Part shown: one piece after another, positions 29,239-38,676 of the stretch
How positions within the stretch are numbered: the first letter of the stretch is position 1
Layout: every line of letters begins with the position of its first letter
Assembly (NCBI GenBank): GCA_016839815.1
Contig: JAEOTM010000170.1
Location: forward strand, 1 to 58,739
Source of the DNA: Candidatus Hodarchaeota archaeon
GTDB taxonomy: Archaea > Asgardarchaeota > Heimdallarchaeia > Hodarchaeales > Hodarchaeaceae
Reading direction: 5' to 3'
Length of the DNA stretch: 58,739 nucleotides
The notes under the pieces: generated by a model
The model's database searches: none
What the model was told of the DNA's origin: nothing
What the model saw: only the letters and a program-made list of their open reading frames with translations
Program-made: the position numbers and the translations under genes

Positions 29239-30054
29239 TTGGGTTTTACTATGACATGCTTAGATGAGATATTCAATGTTACAAAACCGATAATTGGAAT
29301 GGTTCATTTTCCCCCACTTCCTCACACCCCTGAATACGATGATGAAGGTGGAATGGAACATATTACATCAAGTGCAAGACAAGATATTTATGCACTTCAA
29401 GAGGGAGGGATAGATGGGCTTTTGTTCTGTAATGAAGGGGATAGACCTTATGCAAATGGTGTGGACCCTGTTATAGTTGCAGCTATGTCAGCGGCCATTG
29501 GAGAATTAAAACCAGATATTGACATTCCCTTTGGAGTTGACATCATGTGGGATCCTATTTCCGCTATGTCAGTTGCTAAAGCTACTCAGGCGAAGTTTGT
29601 CAGAGGAGTGTTTACTGGTGCATTCGCAGGAGACATGGGTTTTTTCAGTGCACCAGGAGCGGAGGCGCTCAGATATAAGAAAGCAATTGAAGCCTGTGAT
29701 GTGAAAATCTTTAGTATAGTAAACGCTGAATTTGCTCACCCTCTGGATAGACGATCCTTAAATCTCATTGCAAAAGGTGCCGTTTTTGTGGGTATTGCTG
29801 ATGCTTTGTGTGTTTCTGGACCAATGACCGGTATGGAAGCAAAGCTAGAAGAACTAAAAATAGTTCAGGAAAATTCACTCGGGGCAGCTGTGATAGTAAA
29901 TACAGGTGCAAAAAAGGAAAACATTCTAAAACAATTAGAAATAGCTGATGGAGTTATTGTTGGAACTAGCTTAAAATTCGATGGAGACACATGGAAAAAC
30001 GTCGATAGAGAACGCGTTCATGAATTTATGCATGTTGTTAAAACCCTACGTTAA
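29239..30054 (+). CDS. BtpA/SgcQ family TIM-barrel protein
   Basis: KPIIGMVHFPPLP, GGIDGLLFCNEGDRPY, PFGVD, ADALCVSG..TG, NTG and ADGVIVGTSLKFDG. Confidence 0.92.
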   Translation: MGFTMTCLDEIFNVTKPIIGMVHFPPLPHTPEYDDEGGMEHITSSARQDIYALQEGGIDGLLFCNEGDRPYANGVDPVIVAAMSAAIGELKPDIDIPFGVDIMWDPISAMSVAKATQAKFVRGVFTGAFAGDMGFFSAPGAEALRYKKAIEACDVKIFSIVNAEFAHPLDRRSLNLIAKGAVFVGIADALCVSGPMTGMEAKLEELKIVQENSLGAAVIVNTGAKKENILKQLEIADGVIVGTSLKFDGDTWKNVDRERVHEFMHVVKTLR

Positions 30055-30134
30055 TCTCTGATCCATCGAATAACTTAGAGAATATTAAAATTTCTTGGGT
30101 AATTTGAGCTTTATCAGTCAGTTCATTTCAGAAG

Positions 30135-33100
30135 TTGATTTTCAGTATGAGATTATCTCTAAAAGCGCACAACAAGTATAATTTGTCAAAGGAATTTTTT
30201 AACACTCAGGAAGGTTATATCACATTTCCAGAAGTCTATCTAGTTCGTTTATTCGTGGAGTCCATAAATGGAAAAAGAGATTTACTAAATTTTCCAGAAC
30301 TTGCTGTCCGTGCCTCAGAGATTAACGGTATTGGATTAATAAATGAGATTTCTCATAAAATTTTCAATCAATTTGAGGAAGAGATTGGATCTGAACTTTA
30401 TGGAAACCTCTTAACAGAACTATCCACTGAATTAGGTGAATCTGAACTTAGAGAGGTTATGAAATCATTCTTAGATGAATTTCCTCATCCAAATGTTTTT
30501 TCAGGAAATGTAGATGTTGATACCTATCTTGAGGGAACAACAAACGGTAAGGCTAATCAAGAAATCGTTCTAGAAGAGATAGTACATGTTTGGTTAAGCA
30601 ATCATAATCCATCATTTTCAAAACACCTTGAATTCTTTGATGACACGTATCTTGAGAAAACTCCCAGTTATAGTATGACGATCGAGAAAATCAACGAATA
30701 TTTTGGCCAACAAATTTCATTTGGCCCAGAGAATCTACCTCTTATTCAACTCTTACAAAAACCAGTTTCAGAAAATCCATATTCAATTAAAGACCAACTA
30801 GAGTATATGACGAAAGAATGGGGATCCTTTCTAGATCCTACAACCTACTACCGACTTTTATATGCCTTAGACTTATTTGCTGAAGAAGAAAAGATGCGAG
30901 GTTTTGGACCTGGTGAAGCTCAAGTACTAGATTATGGAGAGGGACTTGAGGAAAGGTATACTCCTGATAAAGATTGGATGCCAAATGTAGTTATGATGGC
31001 AAAAACCACATATGTTTGGTTAGACCAACTATCAAAGAAATACGATAGAGAAATCCGTCATCTTGACCAAATCCCTGAGGAAGAACTCGATCAACTAGTA
31101 AATTGGGGGTTCAACTCTCTTTGGCTAATTGGACTTTGGGAAAGAAGTCCAGCATCTAAAACAGTCAAGCATTGGTGTGGAAATCCTGAAGCAGAAGCTT
31201 CAGCCTATAGTTTATTCGATTACGTTATTGCTAGTGATTTAGGAGGGGAAAAAGCTTATTATATCTTGGAAGAACGAGCAAAAAGCAAAAGTATTCGCTT
31301 AGCGTCCGATATGGTACCTAATCATACGGGTATTGATTCAAAATGGGTACGAGAACATCCTAATTGGTATGTATCCTTAGATTTTCCCCCTTTTCCTAGT
31401 TATTCATATTCTGGAGAAAGTTTATCTGGAGACCCGAATATTGGAATTTATCTCGAAGATCACTATTTTTCACAAACTGATGCAGCAGTAACCTTCAAGC
31501 GGGTTGATTTTCGGACTAATGAAACAAAGTATATTTATCATGGGAATGATGGTACAAGTATGCCATGGAATGATACTGCTCAATTAAATTACCTTTTACC
31601 TGAAGTTCGCGAGGTTGTTATCCAAACCATCCTACATGTAGCCCGTAAATTCCCAATTATTCGCTTTGATGCAGCAATGACGCTCACAAAGAAACATTTT
31701 CAACGCTTATGGTTTCCCCCTCCTGGAAGCGGAGGGGACATACCCAGTCGAGCAGGAATGGGATTAACACCGCAAGAATTTCAGGCAGCAATACCTCAGG
31801 AATTCTGGAGAGAGGTAGTAGATCGAATTAATCAAGAAATGCCTGATACATTGTTGTTAGCAGAGGCCTTCTGGTTATTAGAAGGATTTTTTGTTAGAAC
31901 CTTGGGTATGCACAGGGTTTATAATTCTGCGTTCATGAATATGATTAGAGACGAAGACAACGCAAAATACCGGTCTGTTATTAAAAATACCTTAGAATAT
32001 GACCCTCAAATCTTGAAACGATTTGTAAATTTCATGAATAATCCTGATGAAGAAACTGCAGCCAAGCAATTTGGAAAAGGGGAAAAATACTTTGGGATCT
32101 GTCTTTTATTAGTTACTCTACCTGGATTACCAATGTTTGGGCATGGACAGGTTGAAGGATTCGCAGAAAAATATGGGATGGAATATCGTAGGGCATATTG
32201 GGAGGAAGAAGTTGATTGGGGCTTACTCCAACAGCATGAAAGAGTTATCTTCCCATTAGTTAAGAATCGCTATTTATTCTCGGATGTAGAGAATTTTTAT
32301 CTTTACGATTTGTATACTACAAAGGGATACGTTGATGAAGACGTTTTTTGCTATTCTAACGGGTCAGGAAGTGAAAGAGCTCTCATAATTTATAACAATA
32401 ATATGAATGGAACAGCAGGTTGGATTAAAACTTCTTCAGCAAAATTAGATAAAAGTACAGAACTTTTAAACCAGAATTTACTTGGGGAAGGATTACTGCT
32501 CTCTAATGATTCTAATAAATATTGGATTTTTCGAGATCAATTTTCTAGCCTTGAATATATCAGACGTTCATCGGAAATTTATGAACACGGTTTTCATGTA
32601 ATTCTTGATGGATACCAGTCCATGGCACTAACGAACATTCGAGAAGTTACTGACAATGAATGGAAACACTATAGTCATCTAAATGACTTTCTTTTTGGTC
32701 ATGGTGTCCCAGATATAGAGGAAGCAAAATTAGAGCTTATTTATGAGCCTTTATTAACAGCATTCAGATCAATATTTAATTATGAGATTATTGATGAGTT
32801 ATCACATGCAATAAAACAATTAAATCCAGTAGAACTTGTAAATATACTTCAAGATGCTCATGAAAATATCGAATCGTTTTATAACCAAGTTATAATCTAT
32901 ACAGATGAACACATAAGTGAATTAGAAAGAAAACAACAGTCTAGCTCATCATTTCAAGATACCTTGGAGTACTGTAAGAGTTTAAATAAAATCTATACAG
33001 GAGAAACAGGTTTTTCATCTGAAACGAAAAGGATTTTATCTCAATCACTCAAAGAATTTATTTTAATCTATTCTTGGATATTGTTGAAGGATCTAGGGGG

Positions 33101-33566
33101 CACGCATAAAGATGACGATTCGGCTATTAAGAGTAGAGCCCGTATTGATCAGTGGCATCTTGCTCATGTTCTAAGAGATCAACTAACCGCCTTTCACCAA
33201 CTATCTCCTGAAGACATTGACTCACTTGTCAATTTAGGGAAGATTTTAATTCGATACCAAGACTGGTATAATACATATAAGGAATTGAATACTCGTATGA
33301 TTCTTCAAACGTTCCTCACTAATCCAGAAATTCATGACTTTTTAAATATAAATAGATTTCAAGATGTTCTGTGGTTTAATTCTGAAAAATTTGAAAAATT
33401 GACCAATTTCCTTGGTTTAATTGCATTTCTACAGATTGGGGGTGAGGATTATGGTGTCGAGAGAGCATCTCGTGAGGGAAAAAGGATTCACGAAATCGTT
33501 ACTAAATGGAAACATGCCTCAAAAGAATCCGAGTATAAATTAGAAAAACTGCTTAATTCCCTTTAA
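30135..33566 (+). CDS. Large GH13 alpha-amylase-family glycoside hydrolase
   Basis: Region I ASDMVPNH, WNDTAQLNY, region II RFDAAM, region III LAEAFW, region IV NNPDE and LPGLPMFGHGQ. Confidence 0.88.
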   Translation: MIFSMRLSLKAHNKYNLSKEFFNTQEGYITFPEVYLVRLFVESINGKRDLLNFPELAVRASEINGIGLINEISHKIFNQFEEEIGSELYGNLLTELSTELGESELREVMKSFLDEFPHPNVFSGNVDVDTYLEGTTNGKANQEIVLEEIVHVWLSNHNPSFSKHLEFFDDTYLEKTPSYSMTIEKINEYFGQQISFGPENLPLIQLLQKPVSENPYSIKDQLEYMTKEWGSFLDPTTYYRLLYALDLFAEEEKMRGFGPGEAQVLDYGEGLEERYTPDKDWMPNVVMMAKTTYVWLDQLSKKYDREIRHLDQIPEEELDQLVNWGFNSLWLIGLWERSPASKTVKHWCGNPEAEASAYSLFDYVIASDLGGEKAYYILEERAKSKSIRLASDMVPNHTGIDSKWVREHPNWYVSLDFPPFPSYSYSGESLSGDPNIGIYLEDHYFSQTDAAVTFKRVDFRTNETKYIYHGNDGTSMPWNDTAQLNYLLPEVREVVIQTILHVARKFPIIRFDAAMTLTKKHFQRLWFPPPGSGGDIPSRAGMGLTPQEFQAAIPQEFWREVVDRINQEMPDTLLLAEAFWLLEGFFVRTLGMHRVYNSAFMNMIRDEDNAKYRSVIKNTLEYDPQILKRFVNFMNNPDEETAAKQFGKGEKYFGICLLLVTLPGLPMFGHGQVEGFAEKYGMEYRRAYWEEEVDWGLLQQHERVIFPLVKNRYLFSDVENFYLYDLYTTKGYVDEDVFCYSNGSGSERALIIYNNNMNGTAGWIKTSSAKLDKSTELLNQNLLGEGLLLSNDSNKYWIFRDQFSSLEYIRRSSEIYEHGFHVILDGYQSMALTNIREVTDNEWKHYSHLNDFLFGHGVPDIEEAKLELIYEPLLTAFRSIFNYEIIDELSHAIKQLNPVELVNILQDAHENIESFYNQVIIYTDEHISELERKQQSSSSFQDTLEYCKSLNKIYTGETGFSSETKRILSQSLKEFILIYSWILLKDLGGTHKDDDSAIKSRARIDQWHLAHVLRDQLTAFHQLSPEDIDSLVNLGKILIRYQDWYNTYKELNTRMILQTFLTNPEIHDFLNINRFQDVLWFNSEKFEKLTNFLGLIAFLQIGGEDYGVERASREGKRIHEIVTKWKHASKESEYKLEKLLNSL

Positions 33567-33735
33567 GATCATTTATCTGATTCAAAAAAGATAGGATTTA
33601 ATCATTTAATAATATAACTAACCCTTTTCTCCGTAATTTTGGTACTCATCCTCAACCCAGACTTATATGATAGATTAGGTCAAAGTTAAGAAGCATTTCA
33701 AGGATAATTTCCTAATTAACTTGATTTGCTGAAGA

Positions 33736-33936
33736 TTGTTTCAGACCATTTCATATAGGACAATAGTTTATATTAACTTGATCATGTCAATTGATGAAGG
33801 AATGATAGAGAGCGATTCTTTGTTTAAATACATCTTTAACTTTGGAATCTCTCATATGAAGAAAACTGTAAGGTCATCATTTAGAGTATTAGGGGTGGAA
33901 GAATTAGCGGATGAGTTCTTCAAGAGCGAACCTTAG
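33736..33936 (+). CDS. Small hypothetical protein (start uncertain)
   Basis: ORF in a large gap, co-oriented with neighbours. No recognisable motif. Confidence 0.3.
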   Translation: MFQTISYRTIVYINLIMSIDEGMIESDSLFKYIFNFGISHMKKTVRSSFRVLGVEELADEFFKSEP

Positions 33937-33977
33937 AGAGCAAGTATTCGAAAAATCATATAAACTACCATCTTTTT

Positions 33978-34505
33978 TTGAAACGTATGGTTAAATTCTC
34001 AAAGAAGACCAGTGCTCACTTAATTCTTTTTCTTTTTGCACAAAACACATGGACCAAGTATGAGAAAGATGCTATAAAAACGATAATACATAAAATGCTA
34101 CATTCCCAGCAAGCTAGTTTTTTAATTGGAACTACCGATCGTAAAAATGAGAATTGTGTTATCTGTTCTCAGATATTCGTTTTATTTACCAAAATACAAG
34201 GAAAAAATGATGGTCGACTGTTTATTTCCCATAACATCTTAGATACGTTTTATATCTGGGACCCAGACCATAGAGACGAAGTACTCGAATTCACAAATCA
34301 AATATTACAAAGCAATTTCATTAAAAAGTTCTACATACTGCAGGTTGATTCATTTAAAGCATCTTTAACGCAAACAACAGATTTTAAATTGAGCAGTTAT
34401 TTGAAGAGGAAAAAACATCCACAAAGGGAGTTCGTGAAAATCCTTCAAGAGAATTCCTTTGAATCAAATGTAATCTACGAGATTGTAAAAGATAGTTACT
34501 CCTAA
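33978..34505 (+). CDS. Hypothetical protein (start uncertain)
   Basis: 175-codon ORF in an AT-rich region. The C-terminal ~115 aa look globular. No recognisable family. Confidence 0.5.
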   Translation: MKRMVKFSKKTSAHLILFLFAQNTWTKYEKDAIKTIIHKMLHSQQASFLIGTTDRKNENCVICSQIFVLFTKIQGKNDGRLFISHNILDTFYIWDPDHRDEVLEFTNQILQSNFIKKFYILQVDSFKASLTQTTDFKLSSYLKRKKHPQREFVKILQENSFESNVIYEIVKDSYS

Positions 34506-34527
34506 TTGTAAGGAAATTATCAATGAA

Positions 34528-35736
34528 TTATTTAGTACCACGCCAAGGTCTTTTCTGCATATTGACAATGATCCATTCAATACTAAACTTAAATCTCGAT
34601 TTTTGCCAAATGAATGCTAACAGTACCCAAAATAACGCATATACTAATCCTACTACCATCGATAGTTCCAGTGTCGGAACTAATGTTTCTACTAAATAGG
34701 ATTCAGCAGGAATCCCGTAAGCTAAATTATGAAGTAAATAAACAGTTAAACTGATCTTACTTATTAATACGAAAGGAAGAGCGATTTTACTAATTTTAGG
34801 GACTCCATAAAGTGTATCAAGATCCAACAAAATGACTCCTCCTGTAACGGTAATAAGATGGAAACCCAGTGAAATGAATACTAAATTCGAAGAAATTGGT
34901 GATTGAACAGGAGGGGAAGTGTAAATTTCAACACTGAGTAATAGTAAACCAATAACAAAAGAAATAAAACCGATAATGTATACAGGGATTGCCTTTTGAG
35001 GAATAGTCTGTTTATCAGCGTTTGGGAGGTTGAGATACAAGGCAAGTAATCCTCCAACCGATGAAAAGGCAAGATAAGGAATAATTGGTGCCTGTCCATA
35101 ATCTAAAATAATTCGTTCAAAAATTGAAGAAAGAGTGAGTTCCGATGCGTGTTCAATCGTTCTACTCTGAGAATAATCATGAAATACGAGATAAACACTC
35201 AATACAACCGCTATGACTACTAACAGCTCTATCATAGCCACTTTTTTATAATCTCCAGTACCCCTTTTTTCAAACATCCAAGCTAATTCAAAGATAATTA
35301 AAATAAATATTGTAGAGAATGAAAACATATGAAATAGTTCCCATGTAACGAGATATCTCCAGATATTATTACCCAAGAAAATCGCTGTTATTAATTCTCC
35401 AAATTCAGCAACAATAAAAAAGATAATAGTTCTTTTCACGAGTCTTTGTCTACTATCATGTCGCTCTGTTTCAGTTTTTCTTCGGAGAAGAGAATTTGCA
35501 GAATTAAAGGTATACCAGAATAGAAATCCAGGAGGAACTAAAAAGGCTACAATTAACAGTAACCAAGCGGGTAACGGAAGATTTGGCCATAGAGAATCAA
35601 GGTTTTGATCCCACCATAAACTAGTGTGTCCAATGACAAATAGAAAAACTGAGAAGCCCATACCAATGTCTGTTGTAACCAAATAGAACGGTTTTTTCTT
35701 AACAGTCTGATCCTTTGAAGTCTGAGTGTTTTCCAT
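34528..35736 (-). CDS. Multi-pass membrane protein, HGSNAT/DUF1624/DUF418-like acyltransferase superfamily
   Basis: N-terminal D-x2-(M)G-x7-H, F.F..G-like segment, KR..IFF, PYLAF..VG, SLTVYLLH and C-terminal FSIEW. Confidence 0.6.
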   Translation of the reverse strand: MENTQTSKDQTVKKKPFYLVTTDIGMGFSVFLFVIGHTSLWWDQNLDSLWPNLPLPAWLLLIVAFLVPPGFLFWYTFNSANSLLRRKTETERHDSRQRLVKRTIIFFIVAEFGELITAIFLGNNIWRYLVTWELFHMFSFSTIFILIIFELAWMFEKRGTGDYKKVAMIELLVVIAVVLSVYLVFHDYSQSRTIEHASELTLSSIFERIILDYGQAPIIPYLAFSSVGGLLALYLNLPNADKQTIPQKAIPVYIIGFISFVIGLLLLSVEIYTSPPVQSPISSNLVFISLGFHLITVTGGVILLDLDTLYGVPKISKIALPFVLISKISLTVYLLHNLAYGIPAESYLVETLVPTLELSMVVGLVYALFWVLLAFIWQKSRFKFSIEWIIVNMQKRPWRGTK

Positions 35737-35878
35737 AGTTACCCTCAGTTTAAAAAGATTTGTTGAAGAAGTTAAAAAATTTAGGTATAATGGTTTCTTA
35801 TCTCTTCAATTATCATTTCTACTACGTCCATGATAATTGAGAATAATTTGTGAGATGGGAATGCTCCACTTTCAAATA

Positions 35879-36763
35879 TTACATTTGTTCAAATTGGATT
35901 AATAGCTTTTCTAATATATCCAGACTGAGTGTGTTTTGATATGGAATCACCATAAATGTTTGACCTACTCTAGAAGTAATTTTCGCCACAACACCCGTCC
36001 GAACATTAATATAATCGCGAATAGATTCTAAATACTTTTTTAAATCCGATTTTCCTCGTTCCTGAAGTAGAAACACTCCATAATTTTCGGATTCCGGATT
36101 GTCTTTAATATAGAATTGTGAGGTTCTTCTAATAAATGGAAAATTCTTAAGAGTGGTAATTTTTGACAAATCAAACGATTCTGCTACATTGCTTTCCATA
36201 ATTTCACTCAAAGAAGCTTTGGTTGTACAGATTGGACACTTTCCAGTAACCTTTAACGATTCTGCAAAGTGAGGTAAATGAAATGGATTCTGACAAGATG
36301 GGCAATAAATGCGATCTTCATCCTCATTAATTATATGCCGACATATCGAACATATTTCTGTGATACTTGAGATCAGTATAATCTCTGTATCTGCTTGAAG
36401 TGCATGGTTTTTGGGATGTCCAACCCAAAAAACTCGATTTCCCCATTGATCTCGTGAATAGCTTCCTTCTTTAGGCACTAATGGATTTTTAATGAAAATT
36501 TTATCTCCTTTGGCGAGTTTGTTAACTACAGAGATATTTTTTTGATTCAATGGATTCACCCAAACCAGTAACATTCGAGTTATGGAATTTTTACCTTCAG
36601 TAACTGGAATCTGGCGAAAAGGAGCAACACCATAAGTTATTTCTTCTGAACACTGGTCATATGTTTGACATTCAAACTCTATGGCAATGGTTGCTTCCTC
36701 TGGATACTCATTTGAATCCAATCGCAATATCGCTTCGTTAAAGCTCACTTTTTGAGTGGTCAT
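35879..36763 (-). CDS. RING-finger domain protein
   Basis: C-x2-C-x12-C-x2-C-x4-H-x2-H-x10-C-x2-C at 36227-36352, flanked by unknown domains. Confidence 0.75.
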   Translation of the reverse strand: MTTQKVSFNEAILRLDSNEYPEEATIAIEFECQTYDQCSEEITYGVAPFRQIPVTEGKNSITRMLLVWVNPLNQKNISVVNKLAKGDKIFIKNPLVPKEGSYSRDQWGNRVFWVGHPKNHALQADTEIILISSITEICSICRHIINEDEDRIYCPSCQNPFHLPHFAESLKVTGKCPICTTKASLSEIMESNVAESFDLSKITTLKNFPFIRRTSQFYIKDNPESENYGVFLLQERGKSDLKKYLESIRDYINVRTGVVAKITSRVGQTFMVIPYQNTLSLDILEKLLIQFEQM

Positions 36764-36929
36764 TTTGTACTCTGAACTCTTCTTGGTCTGTATCCATATA
36801 ATCCTTCTTTATCTAATAACCTTACTTTTCAGGTTAGGGGAAAATCTAATCTCGAATACCCTTGTTTGTCTAGCCTCTCTCCCAAAGATTTAAACGAAGA
36901 ATAGCTTCATCATTCCAATTATTCTTATA

Positions 36930-37619
36930 TTGATGGTGATTAAAAAGATGACGCCTACACCTGATTCAGAGACTGCATTAGCAATTTTACGTATATGGCC
37001 AAAAGACTTTAAATGGTATCTTATACCTTTATTCGCCCTTGTGATCTACATGTATGCAGTGGAGATTGAGAAGCAAAATTGGAGTAGAGTATTTGCAGGT
37101 CTTGCATTTTGGGGAATGGATTGGTTTAATGAGATCTGGAATGCTTTGATACTCTATTTTACAGATTATCAGGCATTTTGGACCTGCAGTGGTGAAACAG
37201 GATTTCTTATCTTCGTGGGTTTAAATATTGAAATCAGTATGATGTTCGCTATGGCAGGAATTGCATTTACAAAAATGCTTCCAGAGGATAAGAATTTAAA
37301 ATTTGATTTAACTCCATTTAAAATCCCATTGAAGATTCCTAATCGCTGGGCTTTTGCAGTTGGGAATTCTGTCTTTTGTGTATTTGTTGAGGTCATCCTC
37401 AATGAAGCAGGCGCATTACTCTGGGTCTATGATTTTTGGAACGCAACACCACTTGGTATTATTCCTATCATAATTTTTGGGTACCTTCATTTCATGGTAG
37501 TCTCTTTCTGGGTTTATGATATGAAGGAACGAAAGAATCAAATCCTTACATTATTAGTTATTTACATGGTAGATTTTATTGCGATGATACTTTTTGTAGG
37601 AATTCTAGGTTGGATCTAA
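36930..37619 (+). CDS. Hypothetical multi-pass membrane protein
   Basis: About 6 TM with Trp/Glu-rich segments (MDWFNEIWN, GLNIEI, VEVILN). No function recognised. Confidence 0.7.
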   Translation: MMVIKKMTPTPDSETALAILRIWPKDFKWYLIPLFALVIYMYAVEIEKQNWSRVFAGLAFWGMDWFNEIWNALILYFTDYQAFWTCSGETGFLIFVGLNIEISMMFAMAGIAFTKMLPEDKNLKFDLTPFKIPLKIPNRWAFAVGNSVFCVFVEVILNEAGALLWVYDFWNATPLGIIPIIIFGYLHFMVVSFWVYDMKERKNQILTLLVIYMVDFIAMILFVGILGWI

Positions 37620-37848
37620 GAAATCGTTAAATTTTCTTCCTCCTTCCTTTTTCCAACAATTCTATAGTATACTATCAATAAAACTTAATTTTGAAGGATG
37701 AACCTTATCTACTGACCTTTTAGGTTTGGTAGAAGGAAGTAAGTGTTTTTCTTAAAAGGTGTATAAAAAGGGGGAAATCCTTTTGAATATTCTCAAGTGT
37801 TTACATCAGAATATCCTCGATTTTTATTCTCATTTGAGGGTGAAGTAA

Positions 37849-38256
37849 ATGTCACTAGAATTTAAAGAAGAAGAAACTCTAAGAGTAATAATGATAGGCT
37901 TAGTTGCAATGCTAGTACTTCTTGTATTAGCAGGAGTAATCAGACCTTTAATCGTCCCTGAAGGTGTGGAAGTTGAATTGGATTCCTTACTTTATGGAAT
38001 GTTCTTTTCAGCGAGTTTAGGAGTATTTTCAATTGCATTTTTTAGTCAGGGATTAGCTGAAACAAATAATTTCATTAGAATCACCTGTTACATATTTGGA
38101 TTCCTTTGTGCTGTTTCTACCTTGTTTGGGTTTGATTTTATTGTCCTTGGTCTTCTCACAGGTTTGGGTGCAATTTTGATTGCTGAAATTTTCGTATTGT
38201 TTGCAATGGGATTTACTATAACCACTTTAGGACTTTACTTGTTAAGGAGGACCTGA
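37849..38256 (+). CDS. Small 4-TM membrane protein
   Basis: GAGGGTGA RBS and four hydrophobic segments. Confidence 0.7.
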   Translation: MSLEFKEEETLRVIMIGLVAMLVLLVLAGVIRPLIVPEGVEVELDSLLYGMFFSASLGVFSIAFFSQGLAETNNFIRITCYIFGFLCAVSTLFGFDFIVLGLLTGLGAILIAEIFVLFAMGFTITTLGLYLLRRT

Positions 38257-38257
38257 A

Positions 38258-38629
38258 ATGTCAACATCAAATGATTTATTACAACCACCAGTATTAGCTA
38301 AACTCTCATTCTGGATTGGAGGAGTATTAGCTGGTCTAGCCATGTTATTCTACGTATTGCAATATGCTAGAATGTATACTGAATTTGCTGTAATCCAAGC
38401 CCCCTTTGGTGTGTTATTTCTAATGTTAGTAGTTGCTATCATTGCGGTTTCGATTTTTATTTTATCAAACATTTATGATATGCTGAATCGTATTGAAGAT
38501 CCTGGTTCATTCTCTCCAGTGACAAAATCAATCCTCCTATTTTTGATCTTTTTAATCATCGTGAGTATTGAAATGATTGGATTGATGGTGTATTATATAA
38601 TCCGAGTGCCTGCTGGTAGCGTTATTTAG
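38258..38629 (+). CDS. Small 3-TM membrane protein
   Basis: AGGAGG RBS inside the upstream gene, a 1-bp gap and three hydrophobic segments. Confidence 0.7.
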   Translation: MSTSNDLLQPPVLAKLSFWIGGVLAGLAMLFYVLQYARMYTEFAVIQAPFGVLFLMLVVAIIAVSIFILSNIYDMLNRIEDPGSFSPVTKSILLFLIFLIIVSIEMIGLMVYYIIRVPAGSVI

Positions 38630-38676
38630 AATAACATCGACCCCTCCCCTTTTTTTCTTTAAGATACGGTTCATAA

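Noticed and set aside
17262-30134. PTS island as a mobile element
   Set aside because: No integrase, transposase, tRNA target or flanking direct repeats were seen, and the promoters and RBSs look host-like.
37753-37790. AAAGGTG...AAAAGGGGGAAATCC loosely resembling the 5' part of a cobalamin riboswitch
   Set aside because: The downstream conserved elements (GCCCCCGC/ACTGT and the B12 box) are absent.
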